NCBI GenBank assembly: GCA_030754595.1
Contig: JASLZZ010000102.1
Location: 1-49,997 of the forward strand
DNA from: Nitrospinota bacterium
Lineage (GTDB): Bacteria > UBA8248
Direction: 5' to 3'
DNA: 49,997 nucleotides
Part shown: positions 19,066-28,439 of the stretch, one piece after another
Position numbering within the stretch: position 1 is the stretch's first letter
Layout: every line of letters begins with the position of its first letter
Made by a program: the position numbers and the translations under genes
Notes under the pieces: model-generated
Database searches by the model: none
The model's input: the letters and a program-made list of their open reading frames with translations, nothing else
Told to the model about the DNA's origin: nothing

Positions 19066-20184
19066 ATGAAGGTTTCAGCGGTCGAAGTGTATCGCGTCGA
19101 TATGCCCATGAAGGGTTTTTTCAAGAACGCGAACCACAATCACGATCTCCAGCCCGGCGTTCTGGTGCGCATCCGCACCGACGAAGGCCTAGAGGGCATC
19201 GGCGACGCAGAGCCGATGAGCGGATACTCCTCGGCCGGACGGGACGAAACCGCCGACGCGATTGAGCATGTCCTTGGCCCCGCGCTCCTCGGGGTGGACC
19301 CCCGCCGCGCGCGCCGGGCGACCCTGTTGATGGAGGAGGCTGCTCCCGGCTTCTACGAGGCGAAGTCCGCGCTCGATACCGCCCTCGCCGACATCCACGC
19401 AAAGTCGGTGGGGGCGCCTATCCACGAGCTGTTGGGGGGCGCTGTGTGCGAGGAGATTTTCTTCAACGCCTGGATCGGCGCCAACGCGCCCGAGGTGGCC
19501 GCCGCCGAAGCCCTCGGGTTCAGCGAGCGGGGCTGGACCTCCTGCAAGGTGAAGGCGGTGGGAGAGGTTGAATCCGACGCGGCCCGCGTCCTCTCCGTCC
19601 GCGAGGCGGTGGGCGGCGCCATGCAGATACGCATCGACGCGAACGAGGCCTACGGCCGGGTGGAGGATGCCGTCGCCTTCGCCAAGGAGGTCGAGGGGGC
19701 CGAGCCGGCGCTTTTCGAGCAGCCCGTCCTCCGGGAAAATATCGAGGGTCTGGCGCTCGTGAGGCGCTCCATCGGTTTTCCCGTCATGGCCGACGAGTGC
19801 GTCTACGGGCACGATAGCCTGCTCAAGATCATCCGCGCCGAGGCCGCCGACATCGTGAAGCTCAAGGTGATGAAGCAGGGCGGGCTCATCCCCACCCGGG
19901 AGATGGCGAGCACGGCCGAGGCCGCCGGGTTGCGCCTCGTCATCGGCCACGGTTTCGGCATGACGGCCAGTACGCTGGCCGAGGTTCACGTCGCCGCCAC
20001 ATCCACCGCCTTCCTCCCGGCGATCGAGTCCGTGGGGCCCGAAAAAATGAAGGACGATGTGGTGGCCCCCGCGCTCGATATCGGCGGCGGCCGGATACGC
20101 CTGCCGCAGGTGCCCGGGCTGGGGGTTTCCCTCGACGAGGAAAAACTCGAACGGTACCGGGCGGTGGGCGCGGCAAAAGTGTAG
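19066..20184 (+). CDS. Mandelate racemase / muconate lactonizing enzyme (enolase superfamily) protein
   Basis: KVK, RIDANE, FEQP, MADE, KVMKQGG and PGLG motifs. Confidence 0.9.
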   Translation: MKVSAVEVYRVDMPMKGFFKNANHNHDLQPGVLVRIRTDEGLEGIGDAEPMSGYSSAGRDETADAIEHVLGPALLGVDPRRARRATLLMEEAAPGFYEAKSALDTALADIHAKSVGAPIHELLGGAVCEEIFFNAWIGANAPEVAAAEALGFSERGWTSCKVKAVGEVESDAARVLSVREAVGGAMQIRIDANEAYGRVEDAVAFAKEVEGAEPALFEQPVLRENIEGLALVRRSIGFPVMADECVYGHDSLLKIIRAEAADIVKLKVMKQGGLIPTREMASTAEAAGLRLVIGHGFGMTASTLAEVHVAATSTAFLPAIESVGPEKMKDDVVAPALDIGGGRIRLPQVPGLGVSLDEEKLERYRAVGAAKV

Positions 20185-20192
20185 GCATCTAA

Positions 20193-20228
20193 AAGCCAGG
20201 CCGTGTGCCCGCCTGGCTTCGGTTTTTT
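20193..20228 (+). terminator. Intrinsic terminator
   Basis: aagccaggc / gcctggctt stem followed by a T-run, just after the stop at 20184. Confidence 0.6.
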
Positions 20229-20245
20229 GTGGGAGAGGTTTCGGC

Positions 20246-22207
20246 GTGCGCTATCCCTTTTTTGTTGCATCTCCCTGGGCGGCTTCCGGCCTCCTTCCCT
20301 TGCTCTCTTTCGCCTATATGATTCTCTCGGGTCTCGCCCTCGGCGGCATGGTCTTCATGTTGGCCACGCAGCTTCGCGGCGCCCGCAGCGTCGATCCGAG
20401 ATGGAGCCAGCTCGCCCGCCTCATTTCCTCCTGGGTTATGAACGTCCTCGTTTTCGGGGTGGCTCTTTCGGGTTCGATGTTGTGGCTCGTTTTCGTGTTC
20501 GTTCACCCCGCGGCGGCGGCCGAGCTTCAGAAAATTTTTCGGATACCCGATCTTTTCGGCTGGGGATTTTTGCTGATAGGGTGTGCGGCGTTTTTTTTCT
20601 GTTCGAGCGGGTGGGAGCGGTGGCGGGATAATTTTTCCCGGCACCTGGCCGCCGGTGTGGTCGCGGCGCTTGCGATCTGGGCTGCGGCGGCGATTCCGAT
20701 CTCGCTGGGGTCGTTTTCCATGACCCCGGGATTCTGGCTCAACACGGGTTCTCCCTGGGACGCTTTCTGGAACCGATCCTTCGCCGCTGCCTTTTTGGTT
20801 TGGAGCGCCCTCTCGGTCGCCCTCGCGGGATGTGCGGGACTGCTGTACGCCGCCTGGCGGCGGGATGAGCTGTGGCGCGCTTCGCTGTCCGCTTGGCTGG
20901 GAAAATGGACCGCGGCCGCCTCTTTCGCCGGTGCGGTTTTTTCGGTGGGCTGGGTGTTCACCCTTTTCTTCGAGGGGATTCCGGTTGTTTCGATGGGAGC
21001 GGGTGTGGTGGCTCTTTCCGCCGTGCTTGGGGTTTTTCTGATTTTGCTGGCGGTTCGGCGGCCGAAGTATTTCGGGAAAGTATTATCAATCGCCGCCGCT
21101 GCCCTCCTTTTCGCCCAGGTGGGCGGAATCCACAAAATCAGGAGCGAGCCGCCCGGTCCATTTTTGATTCAGGGCCATATGTTCAGGAACGGAATCCTGA
21201 TCTCCGATATCGGGAAGATAAGCGCGTCGGGTCTTTGGAAACAGGCTCCCTGGCGTCCGGACGCGGACCCTCCTGGCCAACTCGAGTTGGGGGCGTTCAG
21301 TTTTCGCGCCCAATGTATTTCGTGTCATTCGGGTTGGGCGGGAGATGGCGGGATACCGGCCCTGACCGCCATCCGGTATCAAGGGGATGCGCTTCGATTT
21401 TTAGACGAAATGCCCGCGCGCCATCCCAGTCTTCCGGTTTTCGCCGGGTCGCTCCTCGAAAAGGAAGCCCTCGCCTCTTACGTGGAATCACGAATCAGGG
21501 CTTCCGGCGGTTCCCTGGCGTCGCGGCCTCCCGCGCCCCCGCCGCCTGTTATTCCCGAAAAAAGAGAGCCACCAGAGGCGCCGGCGCCTCTTCCCGCCGC
21601 CGAAAAGCCGCCGGCTCCGTCCCCCGCCGGGATTGAACCCGAGGCAGACACTGCCACCACCTCCGGCAGCGCCACCCCCCCAAGCGCCGATACCGAGGAT
21701 AAAGAGCCCGAAAAGGATAAGCCGGTGGCCGGGGATGCGACGCCCGTCCCCGAATCGGTCGAGGCTTCCGGTGAGCCGCGGGAGCCGGGCGCTCCCCAGG
21801 AGGGTGAATCCGCCGGTGAGCCCGCGCCGGAAAAGGAAGCCGGAGATGAGGCGAAGCCCCCAACCTCTCCCGAGGGAATCTCTCCCGGGGGAGTCGTCCC
21901 TGAAAAACCCGCGTCTTCCCCCGAGACCGGCGCTCCGCAGGAGTCAGGCCCCGATAAAAAAGAGGCCACAGAGCAAAAAGGGCCGGCGAGCGGGGATGCA
22001 AAGCCCGCACCCCAAAACGGGAAGACCCCGGAGAGCGAAGCGGTGCCCGCGACCGGGACGGTTCCCGGCGCCTCCCCCGAGGTGGGCCGCCAGTCCAATT
22101 CTCCTCCAAAGGTTGAAGAGCCCGATGTCCCGGCTTCACCCGGACAGGCGGGAACGGCGCCGAAGGTAGCAGAGGAAAAACCGGGGTCGGGGAAGGAGAA
22201 AAGATGA
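20246..22207 (+). CDS. Polytopic membrane protein: diverged CydA-like domain, one cytochrome c (CISCH) and a long Pro/Glu-rich tail
   Basis: GTG start after GGAGAGG; MTPGFWLNTGSPWDAFWN and PFLIQGHMFRNGI resemble CydA-like cytochrome c fusion proteins; CxxCH; low-complexity C-terminal ~230 aa. Confidence 0.65.
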   Translation: MRYPFFVASPWAASGLLPLLSFAYMILSGLALGGMVFMLATQLRGARSVDPRWSQLARLISSWVMNVLVFGVALSGSMLWLVFVFVHPAAAAELQKIFRIPDLFGWGFLLIGCAAFFFCSSGWERWRDNFSRHLAAGVVAALAIWAAAAIPISLGSFSMTPGFWLNTGSPWDAFWNRSFAAAFLVWSALSVALAGCAGLLYAAWRRDELWRASLSAWLGKWTAAASFAGAVFSVGWVFTLFFEGIPVVSMGAGVVALSAVLGVFLILLAVRRPKYFGKVLSIAAAALLFAQVGGIHKIRSEPPGPFLIQGHMFRNGILISDIGKISASGLWKQAPWRPDADPPGQLELGAFSFRAQCISCHSGWAGDGGIPALTAIRYQGDALRFLDEMPARHPSLPVFAGSLLEKEALASYVESRIRASGGSLASRPPAPPPPVIPEKREPPEAPAPLPAAEKPPAPSPAGIEPEADTATTSGSATPPSADTEDKEPEKDKPVAGDATPVPESVEASGEPREPGAPQEGESAGEPAPEKEAGDEAKPPTSPEGISPGGVVPEKPASSPETGAPQESGPDKKEATEQKGPASGDAKPAPQNGKTPESEAVPATGTVPGASPEVGRQSNSPPKVEEPDVPASPGQAGTAPKVAEEKPGSGKEKR

Positions 22208-23193
22208 GCTATTACCCGGGGCCGGGCGACTGGTTGCTGTCTCTTTCCGCAACCATCGGTGTCTTGTCCCTTTGCGCGTTGGTGGCGGTTCCCTGGCTCG
22301 CCGCGCATCTGAGATTCTGGGGGGAGCGGGAGGGAAGAAAGAGCGATCTCGCGGCGGCGGTATTGCTTGGCCGGTGGGGAAAGTTTTGCCTCGCCGCTGC
22401 TTTTTTCTTCGGAGCGTTGTCGTTTCATCTGGCCTCGGCCCGCTATCCATCCGAGTTGTTCTCCGCCGCCATTTTGTTGGCCCCTGTTCTTGCCGCGGTG
22501 CCGCTGTTTCTGACCGCGTGGGGGGGGCTTTTCCGGTTATCGGAAAATTCATCATCGAGGGCCGGCTGTGGAGTGTTACGCGATGTGGCGGCAGGAATCG
22601 CGGCCCTTGCGGTTGCCGCCGCCTCCGCCGGTTTGTTCGCCGCCGTGACCCACAAATCCCTTTGGCCGCAAATTCGGCAAGGCCCTTTCTTCGTGTTCGG
22701 GTCTTATCCTTTTTTATACGGGATGGCTTTTGCCGTGCTCGCGTCGGTGGTCACGGGCGGGGTTTTGGTCATGTTGATCGGCCGGCGTTCGTTTCGGTGG
22801 GAAAGCGGCGGCTCCGTTCCGCAGGGGGCGCGGCTGATACGGATGGGGGCTTTCCCGGCCCTTTTGGCGACGATTCTTCTGGCGCTATTGGCCTCCGTTT
22901 GGGGGCTGCTGGAGGGATTGACGCCCATTCGCGCGGTGACCTTCTCCGGGCGGCCGCTGCTCCTTTTCATGGGCGTATTCGTGGTTACCGGGGTCGTTGG
23001 CTTGATTGAACTGTTCGTCAGTATTCTGATATGGAAGGGAAACGCCCCTCGCGCCAGCGTCGTGGTGGCCGCCCTGATGTTCGCGACGCTGTTCTGCCTG
23101 GTGTCCGTGCTCATTTGGAATGCGCCGGCCCGCGCCCGGGGGCTGGCGGATCCCGCCCCGGCGGGCACCAGAGTCATGCCGGGGGCGAAGTAG
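22204..23193 (+). CDS. Integral membrane protein, probable partner subunit of the upstream gene
   Basis: About 8 hydrophobic segments; ATGA overlap with the upstream stop. Confidence 0.65.
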   Translation: MSYYPGPGDWLLSLSATIGVLSLCALVAVPWLAAHLRFWGEREGRKSDLAAAVLLGRWGKFCLAAAFFFGALSFHLASARYPSELFSAAILLAPVLAAVPLFLTAWGGLFRLSENSSSRAGCGVLRDVAAGIAALAVAAASAGLFAAVTHKSLWPQIRQGPFFVFGSYPFLYGMAFAVLASVVTGGVLVMLIGRRSFRWESGGSVPQGARLIRMGAFPALLATILLALLASVWGLLEGLTPIRAVTFSGRPLLLFMGVFVVTGVVGLIELFVSILIWKGNAPRASVVVAALMFATLFCLVSVLIWNAPARARGLADPAPAGTRVMPGAK

Positions 23194-23214
23194 GAAAGAT
23201 GGAAATCGGACGCG

Positions 23215-24168
23215 ATGCTGATTGATATTTGCAGTTTTCTGCCTGTCGAGGACTCGTTCCGGGCCCGGCTGTCGGGCTGGGCCGCCATTCCGGGATACTT
23301 CCGGATGTTCTCGAAGGGAATCTCCGGGTTTTGCGGGGTGGAGGAAGATGAGTTCCTCAGGGGGGTGGACGATCAATCCGCCTCGAAGGTGGCGGCTTTT
23401 ATCGATGAAATCTCCGCCCGCCGCGGGCGCCCGGTGAGCGAATTTATTTCGGCGATGGACGATGCCGGGTATGACTTGTCGGTTGTATTTAGCATCGATC
23501 AGGAAACCACCACGGGCGCGGCGCCTCTGACCCCCGAGGTGCTCGCCCGGGCGGTCGATGAATTCCCCGGCCGCCTCCGCGCCCTGATGGGCCTTGACCC
23601 TCATAAAGAGGACGCGGCCCGGGCCCTCGAAAGGGGAGTCAAGGAGCTCGGCCTTCACGGCGCGCTGCTTTGTCCATTTCTTCACCGCCTTCCGGCGGAC
23701 GATCCGGCCTATCGGCCAATTTACAATAAGTGTATCGAACTCGGCGTTCCGGTCTGGATTCACACTTCGGTGAACTGGGCCCAGGCGCATCCGATGGAGT
23801 TGGGGCGCCCGCTGGCGCTGGATCGGCTTTGCGGGGAGATGCCCGACCTCAAGGTGATCGCCGGCCACGGCGGATGGCCCTGGGTTCCCGAAATGGTCGC
23901 CGCCGCCTGGAGGCATCAGAATCTTTATATCGATCCATCCGGGCACCGGTGGAAATATCTGGCCACGCCGAACTCGGGTTGGGAGATGCTCTTGCACTTT
24001 GGGAACACGGTTTTACAGAATAAGGTTTTGTTCGGAACCGACTGGCCGCTGATGCCGCTCTCGCTCGCCGAGATCGCGGCGGAGGCGCGCGCGCTTCCGC
24101 TCAAGCCCGAAGTCACCGAAAAATGGATGGGGGGCAACTCGGCTCGTCTGCTGGAGCTCGCGGAATGA
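23215..24168 (+). CDS. Amidohydrolase family protein (Amidohydro_2)
   Basis: VPVWIHT, VIAGHGGWPW, NLYID, KVLFGTDWP, MGGNSARLL. Confidence 0.88.
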   Translation: MLIDICSFLPVEDSFRARLSGWAAIPGYFRMFSKGISGFCGVEEDEFLRGVDDQSASKVAAFIDEISARRGRPVSEFISAMDDAGYDLSVVFSIDQETTTGAAPLTPEVLARAVDEFPGRLRALMGLDPHKEDAARALERGVKELGLHGALLCPFLHRLPADDPAYRPIYNKCIELGVPVWIHTSVNWAQAHPMELGRPLALDRLCGEMPDLKVIAGHGGWPWVPEMVAAAWRHQNLYIDPSGHRWKYLATPNSGWEMLLHFGNTVLQNKVLFGTDWPLMPLSLAEIAAEARALPLKPEVTEKWMGGNSARLLELAE

Positions 24169-25381
24169 GCGTGTCCGCCGGTCCTCGCTCCCACTCCCGC
24201 TGGTACCGCGTTCTGGCGGCGGCGTGTTTTCTGACGTGGGCGGTTTTCGGCTCACTTGTTTCGACGAGCGGCCTCGTCGAGCCGATCCGGGGCGATCTCG
24301 GCCTGAGCTATTCCGAGGGCGGCTTTCTGCTTTCCGTCCCCTTTCCGCTGATCACCGTGTTCGCCGTGATGGGCGGGATTTTCGTCGATCGGTTGGGGGT
24401 GCGGAAAGTGGCGCGGCTCGGGGCGGCGCTGGTTTTGGCGGGTGGCCTGGTCCGCACCTGGTCGGGAGGTTTTTGGCCGCTTGCGCTGGGCATCGCGCTG
24501 GTCGGAGCCGGGGCCGGGGTGATTTTTCCGATTTTGCCCAAGGTGGCCCGGGAGACCGCGCCGCCCGAGAAACGCGAGACGGCGGCCGCGTTTTATACGG
24601 CGGCCGTTGTCACGGGCTCCGCGATGGGGGTGGCCCTGAGCGGACATCTGGCGGCGACGCTTGGATCCTTTCCCTTCCCGGGGGGGCGTCCACCTGGCGC
24701 GGCGGCTACCTGCTCTGGGCCGTGGCGCTCCTCGTGACATTTTTCCTTTGGGAGCGTTCGGCCGGTCTCGCCGCCACCGATGGACAAGAATACCCGGAAG
24801 GTGGGGAGCCCTCCTCGTTTCAGGTTTGGCGCAGCCTCGATGTCTGGGCCGTGGGGGCGGCGCTGTTCGTCAACAACGTCATTTTCTACACCGGCATCGG
24901 TTGGTTTCCCTCGATTCTCCAGACAAAAGGCTGGTCGCTGGGCCAGGCGGTGCTGATCGTCTCGCTGGTGGTCTGGAGCGGGTTAGTGGCTATTCTGAGC
25001 GCCCACAGGATCGCGCCCATGGTGGGCGGGATCGTACGGATGGTGGTGATTTGCACGGTTGTGTTGGGTGCGAGTTTCGCGGCGCTTCCTCTGTCGGGCC
25101 TCCGGGCGGCCGCCGTGGAAATCGTGGTTATCGGATTCTCGATGAACTTCTGGTTTGTCCTGTGCCTGGGGTACCCGGCGCGCGCGGTGCCGGCCGCGTC
25201 GGCCGGAAAGGCGGGGGGGATGATCATCGGGCTGGGTTATTTCGGCGGGTTCGTCGGGCCCTGGGCGGCGGGCGCCATCCGGGACGCGGCGGGAGATTTC
25301 GGCCCCGCGCTCTACGCGATTGCCGCGCTGACGGCGATCTCGCTGGTGACCGCGCCCAGCTTCGGGAGGCCGAAGGGGTAG
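24165..25381 (+). pseudogene. CynX-like MFS transporter, frameshifted at a G7 run (24680-24686); may be a sequencing error
   Basis: N-half in one frame (GIFVDRLGVRK motif A) and C-half in the -1 frame (ASTWRGG...GYFGGFVGPWAAGAIRDAAG); one extra G joins them. Confidence 0.8.
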
Positions 25382-25525
25382 GACGCCCGTGGCCGGCGGC
25401 CTGAAGTTGAGGCTGGACGCCTTGCCTTGGCCGGCGTGGCGCCGCCGGGCCAACTCGCATATGATCGCCGCCGCCGAATGCGCCGCCCAATGCCCCGCAC
25501 AAATTCCGATTGATGCGGAGGTTTC

Positions 25526-26809
25526 ATGAACGCCGAGAATTCGCGCCCCCGGCTCCGGGCCCTCGAAGTCACGCTCACCGAACACGAGGACCAGGATGCG
25601 GTCCTGCTCCGGGACCCGCTTCACCTGAGCGAGGCGATCCTCATCGTCCCGATGGGCCTTGTCCCCGTTCTTAAGCGGATGGACGGTGCGCACACCCTCG
25701 CCGATATCAGGCGGGAGTGCCTGGCCGAGGAGAAAATTGACTTTCCGGAGGAAAACATCCGCGAGCTGTTCTCTCATCTAGAGCAGTCGCATTTCCTGGA
25801 CGGAGATGGTTTCGAGGCATGGCGGCAGGATGTGGTGGACGCCTATCTGGGCGCTCCGGCGCGGCCGAGCTTTCTCGCCGGAAAAAGTTACGACGCCGAC
25901 CCCGCCGGGCTGAGGAGCCAAATCGAGGGCTTCTTCACCTCGGAGGAGGGACCCGGCCTCCCCGAGAGAAACGGCCGGACGGCGGGCGCTCCCCTCAAGG
26001 GGCTCGTCGCGCCCCACATCGATTTTCAGCGCGGCGGCCCGACGTTCGCCTGGTCTTACCGGGCGCTCGCCGAGCGGACCGAGGCCGACACTTTCATCGT
26101 CCTCGGCACCGTCCACGCCCCGACCCAAGGGATATACTCCCTCACCCGGAAAGACTTCGAGACCCCGCTGGGCGCCCTCGAGGCGGACGGGGGCTTCGTG
26201 GACGCCCTCGCGGCGCGTTATTCGGAGGACCTTTTCCGCGACGAATTCGCCCAGCGCGGGGAGCATTCCATCGAGTTTCAGGCGGTGTTCCTCCGCTACA
26301 TCTTACCGGGGGACGGAGATCGCACTAGCCAAAGAGAAAACTCCGGCGCCGGGTCCGTCACCTTCGTTCCCATCCTCGTCGGCTCGTTCGGGGAGTTCGT
26401 CGCCGGGTGCCGCTCGCCCGCCGGAGACGATGAGGTCGAGGGCTTCATCGCCGCGCTCCGGGATACCGCCGCCGAGTTCGAGGCCCGGGGCCGGCGCGTC
26501 TGCTATCTGGCGAGCGTGGACCTGGCCCACGTGGGACCCCAGTTCGGAGACGAGCGGCTCGTGGACGAGGCCCAGCTCCGCGCCCTCGGCGAGGCCGACC
26601 GCGCCTCCCTCGAGGCCGTCTGCCGGGGAGACGCCGAGGCATTTTACTGGAGCGTGGCTGCGGACGGCGACGCCCGGAAGGTGTGCGGCCTCGCGCCCAT
26701 CTACACGATGCTCCGGGTTCTCGAAGGCTGCTCCGGCGAGGTCCTTCACTACAGCCAGTGGCCCGACCCGGACGGCACCGTCACGTTCTGCTCCGTCGCC
26801 CTCACCTGA
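25526..26809 (+). CDS. amrB: AmmeMemoRadiSam system protein B (MEMO1 family) with N-terminal extension
   Basis: AGKSY, APHIDF, FETPLG, EHSIEFQ, ASVDLAHVG, VCGLAPI. Confidence 0.88.
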   Translation: MNAENSRPRLRALEVTLTEHEDQDAVLLRDPLHLSEAILIVPMGLVPVLKRMDGAHTLADIRRECLAEEKIDFPEENIRELFSHLEQSHFLDGDGFEAWRQDVVDAYLGAPARPSFLAGKSYDADPAGLRSQIEGFFTSEEGPGLPERNGRTAGAPLKGLVAPHIDFQRGGPTFAWSYRALAERTEADTFIVLGTVHAPTQGIYSLTRKDFETPLGALEADGGFVDALAARYSEDLFRDEFAQRGEHSIEFQAVFLRYILPGDGDRTSQRENSGAGSVTFVPILVGSFGEFVAGCRSPAGDDEVEGFIAALRDTAAEFEARGRRVCYLASVDLAHVGPQFGDERLVDEAQLRALGEADRASLEAVCRGDAEAFYWSVAADGDARKVCGLAPIYTMLRVLEGCSGEVLHYSQWPDPDGTVTFCSVALT

Positions 26810-27027
26810 TCGTTCCTCTCTACAAGATCGCATCCGCCCCTGACGCCCGAGGCGCGCCGGTTTGTAGCCATTCGAGCGCGGCGGTTGCCTCGTGGGGGAC
26901 GGGTGGTGAGGCGTAGGCGGGGTTTCGTCTGATTAAATGATATACTTTCCCCATGATATCGATTCACGAGAAATCAAATGAATTATAACTCACCAGAGGG
27001 AAGGACAGGAAGAGGAGGGGGCTTATT

Positions 27028-27369
27028 ATGAAATATTTAATCTCAGCAAGTTTGATTTCTGTTGTTGTGTTTCTCTTCTTCGCCTCCCCAGATGCATGGG
27101 CGCTGCAATGTCCGGCAGGTTCACACCCATGGGTTGACAACTATGGAAATGATATATGCAAAAGTTTTGGGTCCGGGAGAACAATAATAAAAGAAGGAAG
27201 CCTAGATAATTGTCCGACAGGTACACACCTTTGGGTTGACAATTGGGGCAATCGAATTTGTAAGAACTTCAAAGGCAATCAGAAATATTACGATACGTCG
27301 AAAGGATGTCCTATTGGAACTTATGAATGGGTCGGCAAATGGGGAAACCGTGTGTGTAAACGATTTTAG
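27028..27369 (+). CDS. Small secreted protein with three Cys-Pro-x-Gly...Trp-Val...Gly-Asn-x-x-Cys-Lys-x-Phe repeats
   Basis: Signal-peptide-like N-terminus (...DAWA), strong RBS, three internal repeats, AT-rich codon use. Confidence 0.8.
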   Translation: MKYLISASLISVVVFLFFASPDAWALQCPAGSHPWVDNYGNDICKSFGSGRTIIKEGSLDNCPTGTHLWVDNWGNRICKNFKGNQKYYDTSKGCPIGTYEWVGKWGNRVCKRF

Positions 27370-27526
27370 GTCTACGCATTTGTTTGGACGTTGTTGTTGC
27401 AGGGATAGTTCATCAGATTGGAACCATTTTGGATTAAGGCATATTGAGTTGTTGACGGCGCTGGTGTTTGCCCCTGACAGCAAGGTAGACCGATCAAAAG
27501 AGAGATAGCAGCAGGGGGAACTCTGG

Positions 27527-28225
27527 TTGGCATTTCAAGATTTCATCACCGCGCAGCAAAGAAACCTGGAGTCAGCGCTCAAATTCGAACTTTTCGGCGC
27601 CACCTGTCCGCTAATGGACAAGCTCTATGAGCTTTCTGTCGCAACGGTACCTAAAGACAAATCGCCTTTCTTTGGGCAGTTTTTGCTGGTATGCCATAAA
27701 TCATTTTTGGCAGCTGCCACGTTAATCGGTCAGGGCCAGCCCGATGATTCCGCACCAATAACCCGCAGGGCGATAGAAGTGGTCCGACTTGCGGCGGCGA
27801 TAAAAGTCGACCCTAAGTTTGCAAAAGAATGGCTCGCTTACGAGAAACGACAAGAACGGTGGGATGCGCGAGATAAAGGAGAAAAACCTAAATCCTTGCA
27901 TATCCCCGTTCCGGTTACACACCCGCTTGTAAAATAGCTTATGGATACCTGGGGTGTCTTCTCAGATGGCGAAGTTCATTTTACGCCAGAATATTTTGGT
28001 TCGCTAGGCTGGGAGAAGGGGGATGATAGGATGTTCTTGCAGTATTTCACTGGGGATCAGCGGACGATCGAGGCCGCCATTGTCCTGCTTCTTGGTGCTC
28101 ATATGATGATGCTTCGGGTTTTGGATGAATGTTTAGACGGCTCATTCACGCGAAGCGACGCATGGCGGGAAATTAGCGATCAACTTTACGTTAGAGCAAA
28201 GCCGTGGGCTGACAAGCTGGAATAG
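27527..28225 (+). pseudogene. Hypothetical protein interrupted by an in-frame TAG (27935-27937)
   Basis: ORFs 27527-27937 and 27941-28225 are in the same frame, separated only by TAG-CTT, with no RBS for the second. Confidence 0.65.
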
Positions 28226-28439
28226 GGAGTTGCGAGGCTCCTTTTTATTTTGTCTGAAAATCATCAAGAACGGCTGTCCTGAGCGCAGCCGAAGGGCCCG
28301 GAATGACAGATCACAGATGAAGCCCACCCGGCCTCGCTCGCTGAGCGTGGATGAAGGGTCCGGGGCGGATGTGGTAGATTGCGCCCTCCTGAAATTTTAT
28401 TCGATCAATCTCAACCGGTTCGGGCCAAAGGAGGCGCGT

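Noticed and set aside
27935..27937. Pyrrolysine recoding of TAG
   Set aside because: No pyl genes in the window and no methylamine methyltransferase context.
28265..28312. REP-like fragment (tcctgagcgcagccgaaggg...ggaatgaca) at the islet edge
   Set aside because: Single partial copy; cannot be confirmed without genome-wide counts.
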